A stretch of DNA of 64,000 bases. Origin: Bacteroidota bacterium. Its GTDB lineage: Bacteria > Bacteroidota > Bacteroidia > Bacteroidales > DTGW01. The translations under genes were made by a program, and so were the position numbers. The notes under the pieces were generated by a model. That model saw only the letters and a list, made by a program, of their open reading frames with translations, was not told the DNA's origin and did no database searches. The first letter of the stretch is position 1; each line of letters starts with the position of its first letter. The stretch spans positions 27,323 to 91,322 of the forward strand of contig JAKPGM010000079.1 in assembly GCA_029550865.1 (NCBI GenBank), given 5' to 3'. Below are positions 19,522-29,938 of this stretch, piece after piece.

Positions 19522-20856
19522 TTAAAGCAGGGTGCTGGCCAAATCGGCAAGGTAGCTACGTTCGCCCTTAACCAGATTGACATGGGCAAAAATTTCCTGC
19601 CCTCTCATACGGTCGACAAGATAACTCAGGCCATTCGAGGTGCTGTCGAGGTAGGGTGAGTCGATTTGTTGAATGTCACCGGTGAAGACCATTTTGGTAC
19701 CCTCGCCAGCACGCGTGATAATTGTTTTTACCTCGTGGGGCGTAAGATTTTGAGCCTCATCCACAATGAAAAATGCATTAGACAGCGTACGTCCTCTTAT
19801 GTACGCCAGCGGCGTGATCAGCAGCTTTTCATTTTTCTGAAGTTCTTCGATATGTTGGTATTCTTTGCTGGATGTTTTAAATTTATGTTTAATAACTGCC
19901 AGATTATCGTAAAGGGGTTGCATGAAGGGGGCAATTTTTTCATTAACATCTCCGGGTAAAAAGCCCATATCGCGGTTGGCCAGTGGAATGATAGGACGTG
20001 CCAGGTAGATTTGTTCGTATTGGTTTTCCTGATGCAGGGCTGCCGCCAGCGCCAAAAGGGTTTTGCCGGTGCCTGCCTTACCGGTTAGGGCAACGAGTTG
20101 AATTTCGGGCCGTAAAAGTGCATCCAGCGAGAATGTTTGTTCGGCATTGCGGGGTTCAATCCCATAGCATTTACTTTTTTCGATGCGCTCGACTTTGTGC
20201 TCAAAAGGATTGTAACGCGCTAAAACACTCGAATGGCCATTTCGCAGCACAAAGTACTGATTAGGCAGTGGCTGCGTTTTGAGAGGTAACTCTGAAAATA
20301 GAATACCCTCTTTTTTTTCATATAATGCTGAGATAATTCGCTGGTCGATATTTTCGATACATTCGATATTCTTGGAAAAAAAAGCGATATCATGCACCTT
20401 GTCCGATTTATAATCCTGAGCCAATATGCCAATCGATTTGGCTTTCATACGAAGATTAATGTCTTTGGAAACCAGGATTACTTGCCGTTGCGAGGGCATT
20501 AATTTATCGCGCAAATAGTCGCATATTGCCAGAATACGATGGTCGGGGGTGGGTTCAGGGAAGGACTCCAGAATTGTTTTGGAAAAAGGTTTACCTGTTT
20601 CAATGTACAGCCTGCCTCTTTTTTTACCCAGTGGTATTCCGCCTTCAAAAAGTTTTTCGCCCGATAATGAATCGAGTTCTCGGGTAAATTCTCTTGCATG
20701 CAGGTTGATAAGGTCGCTTCCTCGTTTCAGCCGGTCGAGTTCTTCAAGTACTACAATGGGCAATACAATGTCGTTTTCTTCAAAATTGTAAATACATTTG
20801 TAGTCGTGCAGAATCACATTGGTGTCGAGAACAAAAGTTTTTTTACTACGAGCCAT
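19522..20856 (-). CDS. PhoH-like ATPase with N-terminal PIN domain (YlaK-type)
   Basis: PIN-like FVLDTNVILHD at the N-terminus from ATG 20856 (MARSKKTFVLDTN), and Walker A GKAGTGKT. The 40 extra residues in the track ORF overlap the folC start region. Confidence 0.88.
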   Translation of the reverse strand: MARSKKTFVLDTNVILHDYKCIYNFEENDIVLPIVVLEELDRLKRGSDLINLHAREFTRELDSLSGEKLFEGGIPLGKKRGRLYIETGKPFSKTILESFPEPTPDHRILAICDYLRDKLMPSQRQVILVSKDINLRMKAKSIGILAQDYKSDKVHDIAFFSKNIECIENIDQRIISALYEKKEGILFSELPLKTQPLPNQYFVLRNGHSSVLARYNPFEHKVERIEKSKCYGIEPRNAEQTFSLDALLRPEIQLVALTGKAGTGKTLLALAAALHQENQYEQIYLARPIIPLANRDMGFLPGDVNEKIAPFMQPLYDNLAVIKHKFKTSSKEYQHIEELQKNEKLLITPLAYIRGRTLSNAFFIVDEAQNLTPHEVKTIITRAGEGTKMVFTGDIQQIDSPYLDSTSNGLSYLVDRMRGQEIFAHVNLVKGERSYLADLASTLL

Positions 20857-20903
20857 TGATATCGTGTTTTTAAACTTTTTAAAAATACAAAAATTGTTTG
20901 AAA

Positions 20904-22223
20904 ATGAATTATGAATCGTGCCTGGATTTTTTGTATGGGAGGTTACCGATGTTTCAACATCAAGGGAAGAAGGCACTTCGATACGATTTGTCGAATATTA
21001 CCCGTATGTGTGCTCATTTTCACGATCCTCACAAAGAATTCAAGAGCATTCATATAGCCGGAACTAATGGGAAAGGTTCAGTGAGCCATCAGCTTGCTTC
21101 AATTCTGCAAAGTGCAGGTTACAGGGTAGGTTTGTATACCTCGCCGCATCTGGTCGATTTTCGTGAAAGGATTAGAATCGATGGGCAAATGATTAGCCGG
21201 GAGTATGTAACCGATTTTATTGGTAAACACATGCATTTGTGGGAGGAAGTTCAACCATCTTTTTTCGAGCTTACTACCCTTATGGCATTTGTTTACTTTG
21301 CCGAGAGTAGGGTCGATGTGGCAGTTATTGAAACGGGGTTGGGCGGTAGGCTCGATTCGACCAATGTGATTCGTCCGCTGTTGAGCGTGATCACTAACAT
21401 ATCTTTTGACCATACCGATATCCTTGGCGATACCCTTGCTCAGATAGCCTTTGAAAAAGCTGGCATTATTAAATCGCATGTTCCCGTTGTAATAGGGGAG
21501 ACTCATGAGCAAACTTTGCCAGTATTTAAAGAAAAAGCTGCTTCGGAGAATGCTCCGCTACTTTTTGCTGATGCAAAGTATGAGGCAAATTTGGTAGCCG
21601 AAGACTTCGACAGTTTTGCATTTGAGCTCAGGGAAAAAGTTTCCAACCATGTCATTTTTCGAGGAAAATCCGATCTGATTGGACGGTATCAACTAAAAAA
21701 TATTGTGACCAGCTATTGTGCAGTGGAAATGCTGCAACAGGCAGGATTAAAAATTCCCCATGATGCTGTGGTGGAGGGTTTTTCGAAAGTAAAGGAAAAG
21801 ACTGGCCTGATGGGGCGTTATCAGGTTGTACACCGGAATCCCCTGATTATTTGCGATACAGCTCACAATCCTTCGGGCATAGCAGAGGTTGCCCGACAGC
21901 TTTCTTTGTTAAAACCACTAAGGTTGCATATTGTCCTTGGTTTTTCGGCCGATAAGGATGTGAACCAGATGCTAAAAATATTTGCACAGGTAGTTGGTTC
22001 GTCAGGTGTAACCTATTATTTTACCAGTGCGTCGGTAAAACGTTCTATGGATGCTCATGAACTTGCCGATAAAGCCAGAATGGAGGGGATAGCTGGTATG
22101 GTATTCGGTCATGTCGCTGAAGCTTTTGAAGCTGCGATGCTACAGGCAGCAAAAGATGAAATTATTTTTGTAGGGGGGAGTAATTTTGTAGTGGGGGATT
22201 TTTTAAAATACTTTGTTCGGTAA
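20904..22223 (+). CDS. folC: bifunctional folylpolyglutamate synthase/dihydrofolate synthase
   Basis: HIAGTNGKGS P-loop and Mur-ligase middle and C-terminal regions. ATG 20904 is preferred over the TTG at 20898. Confidence 0.9.
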   Translation: MNYESCLDFLYGRLPMFQHQGKKALRYDLSNITRMCAHFHDPHKEFKSIHIAGTNGKGSVSHQLASILQSAGYRVGLYTSPHLVDFRERIRIDGQMISREYVTDFIGKHMHLWEEVQPSFFELTTLMAFVYFAESRVDVAVIETGLGGRLDSTNVIRPLLSVITNISFDHTDILGDTLAQIAFEKAGIIKSHVPVVIGETHEQTLPVFKEKAASENAPLLFADAKYEANLVAEDFDSFAFELREKVSNHVIFRGKSDLIGRYQLKNIVTSYCAVEMLQQAGLKIPHDAVVEGFSKVKEKTGLMGRYQVVHRNPLIICDTAHNPSGIAEVARQLSLLKPLRLHIVLGFSADKDVNQMLKIFAQVVGSSGVTYYFTSASVKRSMDAHELADKARMEGIAGMVFGHVAEAFEAAMLQAAKDEIIFVGGSNFVVGDFLKYFVR

Positions 22224-22325
22224 ATGAATGGAATTTTATATTTTTGATTGTCTTAATTTGTAACTATCGGATAATTGTCATACATACACGAATAAAATAA
22301 CACTTTTTCTCACTAAAAACAAAGC

Positions 22326-22428
22326 CTATGAAACGAGCATGTATAGCGCCAAACACAAATCTGTGTGAAAATCAGTTTACTTATCTGTTTGCTAATGATT
22401 CAGAACATGTTACATGCGAATTTCATGC
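22326..22428 (-). repeat. intergenic inverted-repeat element, copy d (divergent)
   Basis: CTATGAAACGAGCATGT...ACATGCGAATTTCATGC. It accounts for the spurious N-terminal extension MKRACIAP... of track ORF 22328. Confidence 0.7.
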
Positions 22429-22486
22429 TGCTAAAGGCGCAAAATATCGTCCAAACATTATTAAAACATTAAAAAAATATTTACAG

Positions 22487-23164
22487 ATGAAGAATAACGT
22501 ATTACTCATAGCATTATTATTGATAACCACCGCCACGGCAGGGTGGTCGCAAAAATATGCAAGAAATCAGTTTGTGGTATTTTCTTACACTGCCGATATC
22601 GACGATAGGGTAAAGAAGGAACTGAGTGCTTACCAGAACCTGATAAACTATCAGCCACAGAAAAAGCAAACGGCTGTGGAGGCAGTGCTAATACATTCTT
22701 TTTATCAGATTTTTACTAAGTTGCTTGAAGATTCACTTCTTGTTTATTTTCTTCCACCAGAGAGTATGGGGGACAAAGCAAGTTATACCGATTATGGTTA
22801 TCCTGATATAGTGATCCAAAAGGCAATCAGGCTCTCGGATGTGAAATATTTTATGAAAATAGAGCTTTCTATTGAAAATAGTAAGTACGATGAAAGGGGT
22901 AATCGTTTGACTGCCGATGTATTTTTGCCGGTTGTGAATGTTTCGGTAAGCATATACAATAAATTTGGTTTTAATCCAATACAAACGGCCGAGGGGCAAT
23001 CGGTTGCTTCGGCACCTATTCAGGTCAAAGAAAGCTTTCTGGCGGGATTAAATTTTGTATCACCTAACATCAAGGCTGGGGCAAATGAGGAGACGATGAA
23101 GGTATTGTTAGAACGATGTGCTTTTAACGCTTTGTACAGCATTAAATATAAAAAAATAAAGTAG
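22487..23164 (+). CDS. secreted hypothetical protein
   Basis: ATG 22487 gives signal peptide MKNNVLLIALLLITTATAGWSQ. The upstream 53 codons of the track ORF are repeat-element sequence. Confidence 0.55.
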   Translation: MKNNVLLIALLLITTATAGWSQKYARNQFVVFSYTADIDDRVKKELSAYQNLINYQPQKKQTAVEAVLIHSFYQIFTKLLEDSLLVYFLPPESMGDKASYTDYGYPDIVIQKAIRLSDVKYFMKIELSIENSKYDERGNRLTADVFLPVVNVSVSIYNKFGFNPIQTAEGQSVASAPIQVKESFLAGLNFVSPNIKAGANEETMKVLLERCAFNALYSIKYKKIK

Positions 23165-23170
23165 GATTTC

Positions 23171-24235
23171 ATGCCTGCCAGGAGATACAGGGTATTAGGA
23201 ATCATGTCGGGTACCTCAATGGATGGGGTAGACCTTGCTTTTTGTCATTTTACAAAGTCTGACGAAATGTGGCAGGGTGAAATTATTGCAGCCGAGACTA
23301 TTCCTTATTCTACTGCCTGGAAAGAAAAATTGTGGAAAAGTTATGAGATGGTAGGCTACCAACTGGTGAAAACCGATATGGAATATGGACATTATCTGGG
23401 AAAAATTGCCAAAGAATTTTTGCGCCGTCACCGTTTAAACGCCGATTTTATTGCTTCCCATGGGCATACCATATTTCATAATCCTGTCGATGGGGTTACC
23501 TTTCAGCTGGGGAATGGTGCTGCCATAGCAGCTTCGTCAAATATTACCACTATTTCTAACTTTCGCACGTTAGATGTAGCCTTGAAAGGCCAGGGAGCCC
23601 CCCTTGTTCCTGTGGGCGATGCTATACTTTTCTCCAACTACGATTATTGTCTTAATCTGGGTGGATTTGCCAATATTTCCTTTTTCTGGTATAAGCGTCG
23701 AATCGCCTTTGATATTTGTCCGGTGAATTTTGTTATCAACAAATTAGCCAATACCCTTGGACATGAATATGATCAGGATGGGCAGCTGGCTCGACAGGGA
23801 AAAGTAATTGTGCCCCTGCTCAAAAATTTGAATAAGCTTCCTTACTATCAGCAACCTTATCCTAAATCTTTAGGAAGGGAATGGGTCGAAGAAAATTTTT
23901 TGCCTCATCTGCAAGCCGACCATATCGACCCCTACGATGCGCTTCGAACAGTATACGAGCATATTGCGATACAGATTACAAAAGTTTTTACTGGTAAACC
24001 ATCCAAAAAAGTGCTCGTAACGGGCGGTGGTGCACACAATAAATTTCTCATGGAACTTATTACTTCACGCACCAACCTTAAAATAGAAATACCCGATCCA
24101 ACGATTGTCGATTTTAAAGAGGCAATGATTTTTGCGTTTTTGGGGGTACTTCGAATGCGTGAAGAGTATAATTGTTTGGCCTCGGTTACAGGGGCTAAAC
24201 ACGACAATGTGGGAGGGGTGATTTATAAAATTTAA
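23171..24235 (+). CDS. anmK: anhydro-N-acetylmuramic acid kinase
   Basis: GIMSGTSMDGVD N-terminal motif and an ASKHA-fold C-terminus (VTGGGAHN). Confidence 0.9.
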   Translation: MPARRYRVLGIMSGTSMDGVDLAFCHFTKSDEMWQGEIIAAETIPYSTAWKEKLWKSYEMVGYQLVKTDMEYGHYLGKIAKEFLRRHRLNADFIASHGHTIFHNPVDGVTFQLGNGAAIAASSNITTISNFRTLDVALKGQGAPLVPVGDAILFSNYDYCLNLGGFANISFFWYKRRIAFDICPVNFVINKLANTLGHEYDQDGQLARQGKVIVPLLKNLNKLPYYQQPYPKSLGREWVEENFLPHLQADHIDPYDALRTVYEHIAIQITKVFTGKPSKKVLVTGGGAHNKFLMELITSRTNLKIEIPDPTIVDFKEAMIFAFLGVLRMREEYNCLASVTGAKHDNVGGVIYKI

Positions 24236-25362
24236 GCGAGCTTGTTTGTAAGGGATCTTTTTATAAGTTCACTTATTTTATGTTTTTCTTTTTCCCAACA
24301 TAATTCAGCTGCCGCTTTTTCTAGGTTTTCTTTCCAGATTTTTCTTTTTTCCTTATTTTCAAGGGCATCTTTTATAATGGCTGCCAGCGCATGTGGATCT
24401 GTTTCGTTGGTTGCAATTCCAATTTGATAGGTATGCACAATTTTTTTCATTTCTGGAAAATCGGATACCATTACGGGTATTTCGGCTTGAATGTAATCGA
24501 ATAGCTTATTGGGAAGGGCGTAGTAGTAATTTAACCCCAAATGTGCTTCGAGTGATACGCCAAGGTGGGCACCACAGGTATAGGCATGAAGCTTTTCCGG
24601 AGGAATTCTGCCCAAAAAATGGATACGTTCGCGTGCAGGGGAATTATTAGCCCGTTGTTTAAGCTCATTTTCGATATCGCCACTGCCTGCAATGTAAAAG
24701 TGTACATGGGGTAAGTAAGGCAAAGCATCGATAACCTTCTCGATACCGCGTCCTATGTTTAGGGCTCCCTGATAGATAATGTTTTTTTCGTTTGAATTCA
24801 ATGCCGACGAAGTAATTTGATCTTTTCTGAAAGGTAGGTTGCGTATCACCTCGAATTGATTACCATATTGTTTGTGATAAATTTCGGCAATGGCGTCGCA
24901 TACGGTATAACAATATTTTATGCGGGGAACAAAAACTTTTTCTATGGTTAGCCATACTTGCTTTACCCATTTTCGGTTGACTAACTCGGGTACTTCGGGA
25001 AAATATTCGTGACTGTCGAATAAGATGGGGATACGTTTTAATTTCGCTACGAAAAAGTTGGGTACTATTGTATCAAGGTCGTTGGCTATAAGTAGGTGGT
25101 TTTTTCGTAACAGTAAAAAAAAGAATAATCGCAGATTAAAGCTGGCGTAAAATAGAAAGCCTTTTTTAAAAGGCAGTGTAAGCAAGTGTACCCGATAACT
25201 TCGGTTGGAAAAGTCGTAATGGTCATGCAGTTTTCGTCCTACCACATGCACCTGAAAGCCTTCTTCGGACAGGGTTGTAGCTATGCGATGAATTCTTTGG
25301 TCGGTCACTACATCGTTTGTAACAGAAAGATACAGCTGCAGATGTTTTTTATTGCGATTCAT
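24232..25362 (-). CDS. glycosyltransferase (GT-B fold, GT4-like)
   Basis: ATG 25362 (MNRNKKHLQLYL). It has a C-terminal GT1/GT4-type region (LPNKLFDYIQAEIPVMVSDFPEMKKIV) and overlaps the rhomboid stop by 14 nt. Confidence 0.8.
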   Translation of the reverse strand: MNRNKKHLQLYLSVTNDVVTDQRIHRIATTLSEEGFQVHVVGRKLHDHYDFSNRSYRVHLLTLPFKKGFLFYASFNLRLFFFLLLRKNHLLIANDLDTIVPNFFVAKLKRIPILFDSHEYFPEVPELVNRKWVKQVWLTIEKVFVPRIKYCYTVCDAIAEIYHKQYGNQFEVIRNLPFRKDQITSSALNSNEKNIIYQGALNIGRGIEKVIDALPYLPHVHFYIAGSGDIENELKQRANNSPARERIHFLGRIPPEKLHAYTCGAHLGVSLEAHLGLNYYYALPNKLFDYIQAEIPVMVSDFPEMKKIVHTYQIGIATNETDPHALAAIIKDALENKEKRKIWKENLEKAAAELCWEKEKHKISELIKRSLTNKLA

Positions 25363-26071
25363 CTTTACGAGTAAGGTTGAAAGTTTTTCTTTTTTCGAGA
25401 TATTCGTCAAGCATTTCATTGATATCTTCTTCATCCATTTCTTCTTCCCATTCATAACGAGGGGGCGGCGGACCTTCTTTGCGGTATAGAAAAGCCAGAA
25501 TAAGCCCTGCCAGTCCTCCCGAAAGATGCGATTCCCAGGAAACATCAGGAATAAATGGGAAAATGCCCCAAATCATGCTTCCGTATAGGAACACAACAAT
25601 TAGGGCAACAGCAGCAAGGGCAGGTGTTTTTCGGATAGCTCCACTGAAAAATAGAAAAAAAGCCATCCCATATACCACCCCACTGGCTCCAATATGATAG
25701 GCGGGTCGGGCACCAACCCATACCCATATGCCAGTCATTATCCATATCCAGAGCAATACCTTTAAAGCAATGGATCGATAAAAATAAAATAGCCCTCCGG
25801 CAAAAAGTAGAAAAGGTATAGTGTTGTTGAGTAGATGTTTGAAATCTTCATGGATAAAAGGAGCTGTGATGATACCCAGTATGCCATTTAACGTTCGAGG
25901 GTAAATGCCCAGATAATAAAATGAAGTATTCAAGCTCAACTCGAGCAATTTAATACTCCAGCAGAGTATAACAAACGTAAGTGGCACTAATATGCTATAG
26001 CCCCATAAACCCTTGATCCTTTTATCATTTTGTTCAAAAGCATCCAAGTCGCCAAAATTTAAACGGTACAA
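25349..26071 (-). CDS. rhomboid-family intramembrane serine protease
   Basis: Multi-pass membrane protein with the catalytic GASGVVYG motif and a downstream HLSG His. Confidence 0.85.
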   Translation of the reverse strand: MYRLNFGDLDAFEQNDKRIKGLWGYSILVPLTFVILCWSIKLLELSLNTSFYYLGIYPRTLNGILGIITAPFIHEDFKHLLNNTIPFLLFAGGLFYFYRSIALKVLLWIWIMTGIWVWVGARPAYHIGASGVVYGMAFFLFFSGAIRKTPALAAVALIVVFLYGSMIWGIFPFIPDVSWESHLSGGLAGLILAFLYRKEGPPPPRYEWEEEMDEEDINEMLDEYLEKRKTFNLTRKDESQ

Positions 26072-26454
26072 TGCTTCACCATGCTGCTAAGTTACAAGTT
26101 TATTGATAATAATGTTAACCTTGAATGCGAAAGTAGCAAAGTTGAAGTTGCATCTATGCTTGCACTTGTAGCTTAAAGCTCCCAGAAAAATTCCTATTAT
26201 CAAATCCTTTTTTACTTTTCGATACGAAATCAGCTGATAAATCATCCATTAAATAACCTCGCTAAGCGAGGGCGTTTTGTGATTTGCGCTTTAAGGGAAG
26301 CCTGCTATCGGTATCCTTCAGATTCTGCCTTTTACATTTCTATCCACAATTATTTTCAAAATTCAACAAGGCTTTATAAAACCGCATAGTGGTATATACA
26401 TTTTTCGGCCGTTGACCAGGTTGAAGTAAAGTAATTTTAGCGTAATAAAAACTA

Positions 26455-28104
26455 ATGACTATGAGAACGAATATGCGCTATCTTGCTTTTCTAACGCTGG
26501 TTATTTCCTTTATTTTTATGTATGTATCGGCCTGTAAAAAGGAAACGCTTACAGATAAGGAAAACGAAAAAGATAGTACGGTGCAACTTTCGGGCGATAA
26601 AGCCATCCTTTCATTCAAGTTGCCCTACCAGCTGGGTAATGAGGTTATTACCGACAGTACAGTTGAAGTAACAGTTACCTACAATGCACCCAAAAAGCTT
26701 GTACCGACCATCACCATTTCCGAGGGTGCTACAATAGAACCGGCATCGGGCACTGAAGTTGATTTTTCGAAAGGGGAATATACTTTTAAAGTAACAGCTG
26801 CCGATAGCAGCGTAAAGTTGTGGCGAGTAATCATTAAGCGTCAGCCTAAAATTAAAGGAACTATACTTACTGCCGATTTACCAGGATATACCACCACAAC
26901 AGTCATTGGAAAGTCATATGTTATTATATCTGTTTCGGGGAATGTGGACTATAAAAATCTTGCCCCTGTATTCACCACAAACGAATTTGTGACGAGTGAG
27001 CCAGCATCGGGTACTTCTCGGGATTTTTCCTTAGGTTATGCCGATTATACCCTGTTGAGTGCCGACAGTTCTCGGACGGTTTGGCGCATTTATGTGGTGG
27101 GACAGAAATTTGAAGCCGATGATAATCGCATACTTTATACCGGTCGATTGGATAACACCGATGCTAAGGCACCGAAATTTTCTGCCCCAGGTGTGTATAT
27201 AACAGCAAAATTTAAAGGTACTACGCTGGATATTGAACTGGTAGACGAATACAAATGGGGTAGCTATCGCAATTATTTTCAGGTTATTATCGACAATGGG
27301 CAACCGCAGCGCTTCAGAACAGAAGCCAATCGTACCATTTATCGGATAGCTAACAATCTTTCCAATACTACCCATACGGTACGAATTATCAAGGATACCG
27401 AAGCAGGAATTGGATACCTTATTTTCAAAGGCTTTTATGCCGACGAATTGTTACCTGCCGACCCGCTGCCAGAGAGAAAAATTGAACTTTTTGGCAATTC
27501 TATTACCTGCGGTTTTGGCATATATACCGATATGTGCGATAAAGCTGTTGATAATGAATGGTATATTGCTAATGCTGCTGCCCTATCGTACGGGGCTATC
27601 ACTGCACATAATCTTAATGCCCAGTATCACCTTACCTCGGTGTCGGGAATTGGCCTTATACATAGTTGCTGCGATATGACCTATACCATGCCCGATGTCT
27701 ATGACAAAATTTTTATTGATAACCCTGCTTCAAAAGCATGGGACTTCAATAAATATATTCCCGATGTAGTAACTATTTGTCTGGGACAGAATGATGGGAT
27801 TCAGGATTCTACCCAATTTACACAGGCCTATATCCATTTTATCGACAATCTGAAGTCGCATTATCCGCAAGCACACTTTTTCTGTTTGACCAGTCCTATG
27901 GCCGACAATAATTTATTCGAATTTCAGAAAAAAATACTTACGGCAATAGAAAACTACTACAAGAATTTGGGGGACGATCGGGTTCATAAAGTATTTCTAT
28001 CCCATAATTTACTATCGGGTTGTGCCTCACATCCCGATAAAAACCAGCACCAGATGATTGCTGAAGAGCTCACACAGGCTATTCGGGATGTTATGAACTG
28101 GTAG
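26455..28104 (+). CDS. lipoprotein: two N-terminal beta-sandwich repeats plus CE2-like / SGNH (GDSL) esterase domain
   Basis: Lipobox FMYVSAC. Tandem repeats of about 85 aa (..ATIEPASGTEVDFSKGEYTFKVTAADSS.. / ..VTSEPASGTSRDFSLGYADYTLLSADSS..). SGNH blocks are LFGNSITCG, GQNDG and HPDKNQH. Confidence 0.75.
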   Translation: MTMRTNMRYLAFLTLVISFIFMYVSACKKETLTDKENEKDSTVQLSGDKAILSFKLPYQLGNEVITDSTVEVTVTYNAPKKLVPTITISEGATIEPASGTEVDFSKGEYTFKVTAADSSVKLWRVIIKRQPKIKGTILTADLPGYTTTTVIGKSYVIISVSGNVDYKNLAPVFTTNEFVTSEPASGTSRDFSLGYADYTLLSADSSRTVWRIYVVGQKFEADDNRILYTGRLDNTDAKAPKFSAPGVYITAKFKGTTLDIELVDEYKWGSYRNYFQVIIDNGQPQRFRTEANRTIYRIANNLSNTTHTVRIIKDTEAGIGYLIFKGFYADELLPADPLPERKIELFGNSITCGFGIYTDMCDKAVDNEWYIANAAALSYGAITAHNLNAQYHLTSVSGIGLIHSCCDMTYTMPDVYDKIFIDNPASKAWDFNKYIPDVVTICLGQNDGIQDSTQFTQAYIHFIDNLKSHYPQAHFFCLTSPMADNNLFEFQKKILTAIENYYKNLGDDRVHKVFLSHNLLSGCASHPDKNQHQMIAEELTQAIRDVMNW

Positions 28105-28164
28105 AGCGGAAACCCTTCAGACAGGTACAATATTGTTGAAAAACGATTAACGGTTTTACTGAAG

Positions 28165-28195
28165 TTGTAGCGATGAATTATTTCATGTATTTTTG
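28165..28195 (+). promoter_or_regulatory. candidate promoter of ettA (-33 TTG, -7 TATTTTTG)
   Basis: TTG at 28165-28167 and an exact TAnnTTTG at 28188-28195, 20 nt apart and 32 nt upstream of ATG 28227. Confidence 0.4.
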
Positions 28196-28226
28196 CAAGC
28201 TACAAAAAGTAAGTGAATAGACCGTT

Positions 28227-29906
28227 ATGAGTGACGATAAAAAAATTATTTTTTCATTGGTGGGGGTAGGAAAGACCTATCCTCCCCATAAGAGGGTTTT
28301 GAACAATATATACCTGTCGTTTTTTTATGGTGCCAAGATAGGGATTATTGGGTTAAACGGGAGTGGCAAATCAACCCTGATGCGTATTATTGCTGGGGTT
28401 GAAAAGAACTTCGATGGACAGGTGGTAATGTCTCCGGGTTATACCATAGGATATCTGGAGCAAGACCCTCAGCTCGATCCTGCAAAGACGGTAAGGCAGA
28501 TAGTCGAGGAAGGCGTGCAGAATGTTGTAGCTTTGTTAAAAGAATATGAAGAGATCAACCTGCGCTTTGCCGATCCTAACCTATCGGCCGATGAGATGGA
28601 TAAACTCATTGCACGTCAGGGTGAGCTTACCGATTTGATTGAGCAACACGATGCCTGGAATCTTGATAATAAGCTGGAAGTAGCCATGGATGCGCTTCGC
28701 TGCCCCGATGGCGATACCCCGGTAAATGTTCTTTCGGGCGGTGAAAAACGTAGGGTGGCACTTTGCCGCTTGTTGTTACAAGAACCTGATATTTTGTTGC
28801 TTGACGAGCCTACCAACCATCTCGATGCCGAAAGTGTGGAATGGCTCGAACAACATCTGCAGCAATATAAAGGTACTGTTATCTGTATTACACACGATAG
28901 GTATTTTCTCGATCATGTGGCTGGTTGGATACTCGAACTCGACCGGGGTGAGGGTATTCCTTATCAGGGCAACTATTCGTCGTGGCTGGAACAGAAAGCG
29001 CAGCGACTGGCTCAGGAAGAGAAACAGGAAAGCAAACGACGCAAAACCCTTGAACGAGAATTGGAATGGATACGAATGGCGCCTAAAGCCCGTCAGGCAA
29101 AAGGTAAGGCACGACTTAATGCATACGAAAAACTTTTGAACGAGGACGTTAAGCAAAAGGAAGAGCGTCTGGAGATATTTATTCCCAATGGTCCACGCCT
29201 GGGAAGCAAGGTAATTGAGGCACGCAATGTGACAAAAATATATGGCGATCGAATTTTATTTGAAAACCTCAATTTCGATTTACCTCCTGGAGGTATTGTT
29301 GGCGTTATCGGTCCAAATGGTGCCGGTAAAACCACCCTTTTCCGTTTGATTATGGGTTACGAAAAGCCCGATGCGGGTGAATTTATTGTGGGCGAGACGG
29401 TTAAAATTGGGTATGTCGACCAGGAACACACGGTTATTGACCCCGAAAAAACAGTTTTTGAGGTTATTTCTGGTGGTCTGGATTATATTACTATTGGCAA
29501 TCGACAGGTTAATGCAAGGGCTTATGTGGCTCGGTTTAACTTTACGGGTGCCGATCAAGAAAAAAAATGCGGTGCCCTGTCGGGTGGGGAACGAAATCGC
29601 TTACATCTGGCTCTAACGTTGAAGGAAGAAGCAAACGTTCTTCTGCTCGACGAACCTACCAACGATATCGATGTTAACACGCTACGAGCTCTGGAAGAAG
29701 GTCTCGAAAATTTTGCAGGCTGCGCAGTTATTATTTCCCACGATCGCTGGTTCCTCGACCGTGTTGCAACTCATATCCTGGCTTTTGAGGATGATGCTCA
29801 GGTAGTATTTTTTGAGGGCACCTTCAGTGAATATGAGGAACACAAACGCAAGCGTCTTGGAGATTTTACCCCACACCGTGTGCGATATAAGAAGTTGACA
29901 CGTTAA
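28227..29906 (+). CDS. ettA: energy-dependent translational throttle protein EttA (ABC-F)
   Basis: 559 aa with two ABC cassettes ([18 protein letters not shown]; [16 protein letters not shown]) and the EttA-type linker. Confidence 0.95.
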   Translation: MSDDKKIIFSLVGVGKTYPPHKRVLNNIYLSFFYGAKIGIIGLNGSGKSTLMRIIAGVEKNFDGQVVMSPGYTIGYLEQDPQLDPAKTVRQIVEEGVQNVVALLKEYEEINLRFADPNLSADEMDKLIARQGELTDLIEQHDAWNLDNKLEVAMDALRCPDGDTPVNVLSGGEKRRVALCRLLLQEPDILLLDEPTNHLDAESVEWLEQHLQQYKGTVICITHDRYFLDHVAGWILELDRGEGIPYQGNYSSWLEQKAQRLAQEEKQESKRRKTLERELEWIRMAPKARQAKGKARLNAYEKLLNEDVKQKEERLEIFIPNGPRLGSKVIEARNVTKIYGDRILFENLNFDLPPGGIVGVIGPNGAGKTTLFRLIMGYEKPDAGEFIVGETVKIGYVDQEHTVIDPEKTVFEVISGGLDYITIGNRQVNARAYVARFNFTGADQEKKCGALSGGERNRLHLALTLKEEANVLLLDEPTNDIDVNTLRALEEGLENFAGCAVIISHDRWFLDRVATHILAFEDDAQVVFFEGTFSEYEEHKRKRLGDFTPHRVRYKKLTR

Positions 29907-29938
29907 ACAAAGTTTATCCTGAGCCTAAAAAAAATATT

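Noticed and set aside
22328-22486. N-terminal 53 codons of track ORF 22328-23164 (MKRACIAPNTNLCENQ...)
   Set aside because: This stretch is repeat-element copy d read in frame. A clean signal peptide begins at ATG 22487.
24232-24235. Convergent anmK and glycosyltransferase genes share the palindromic TTAA as overlapping stop codons (a similar back-to-back stop arrangement occurs at 8159-8164)
   Set aside because: This is a real feature of the sequence, but a common consequence of compact genomes. I infer no functional implication.
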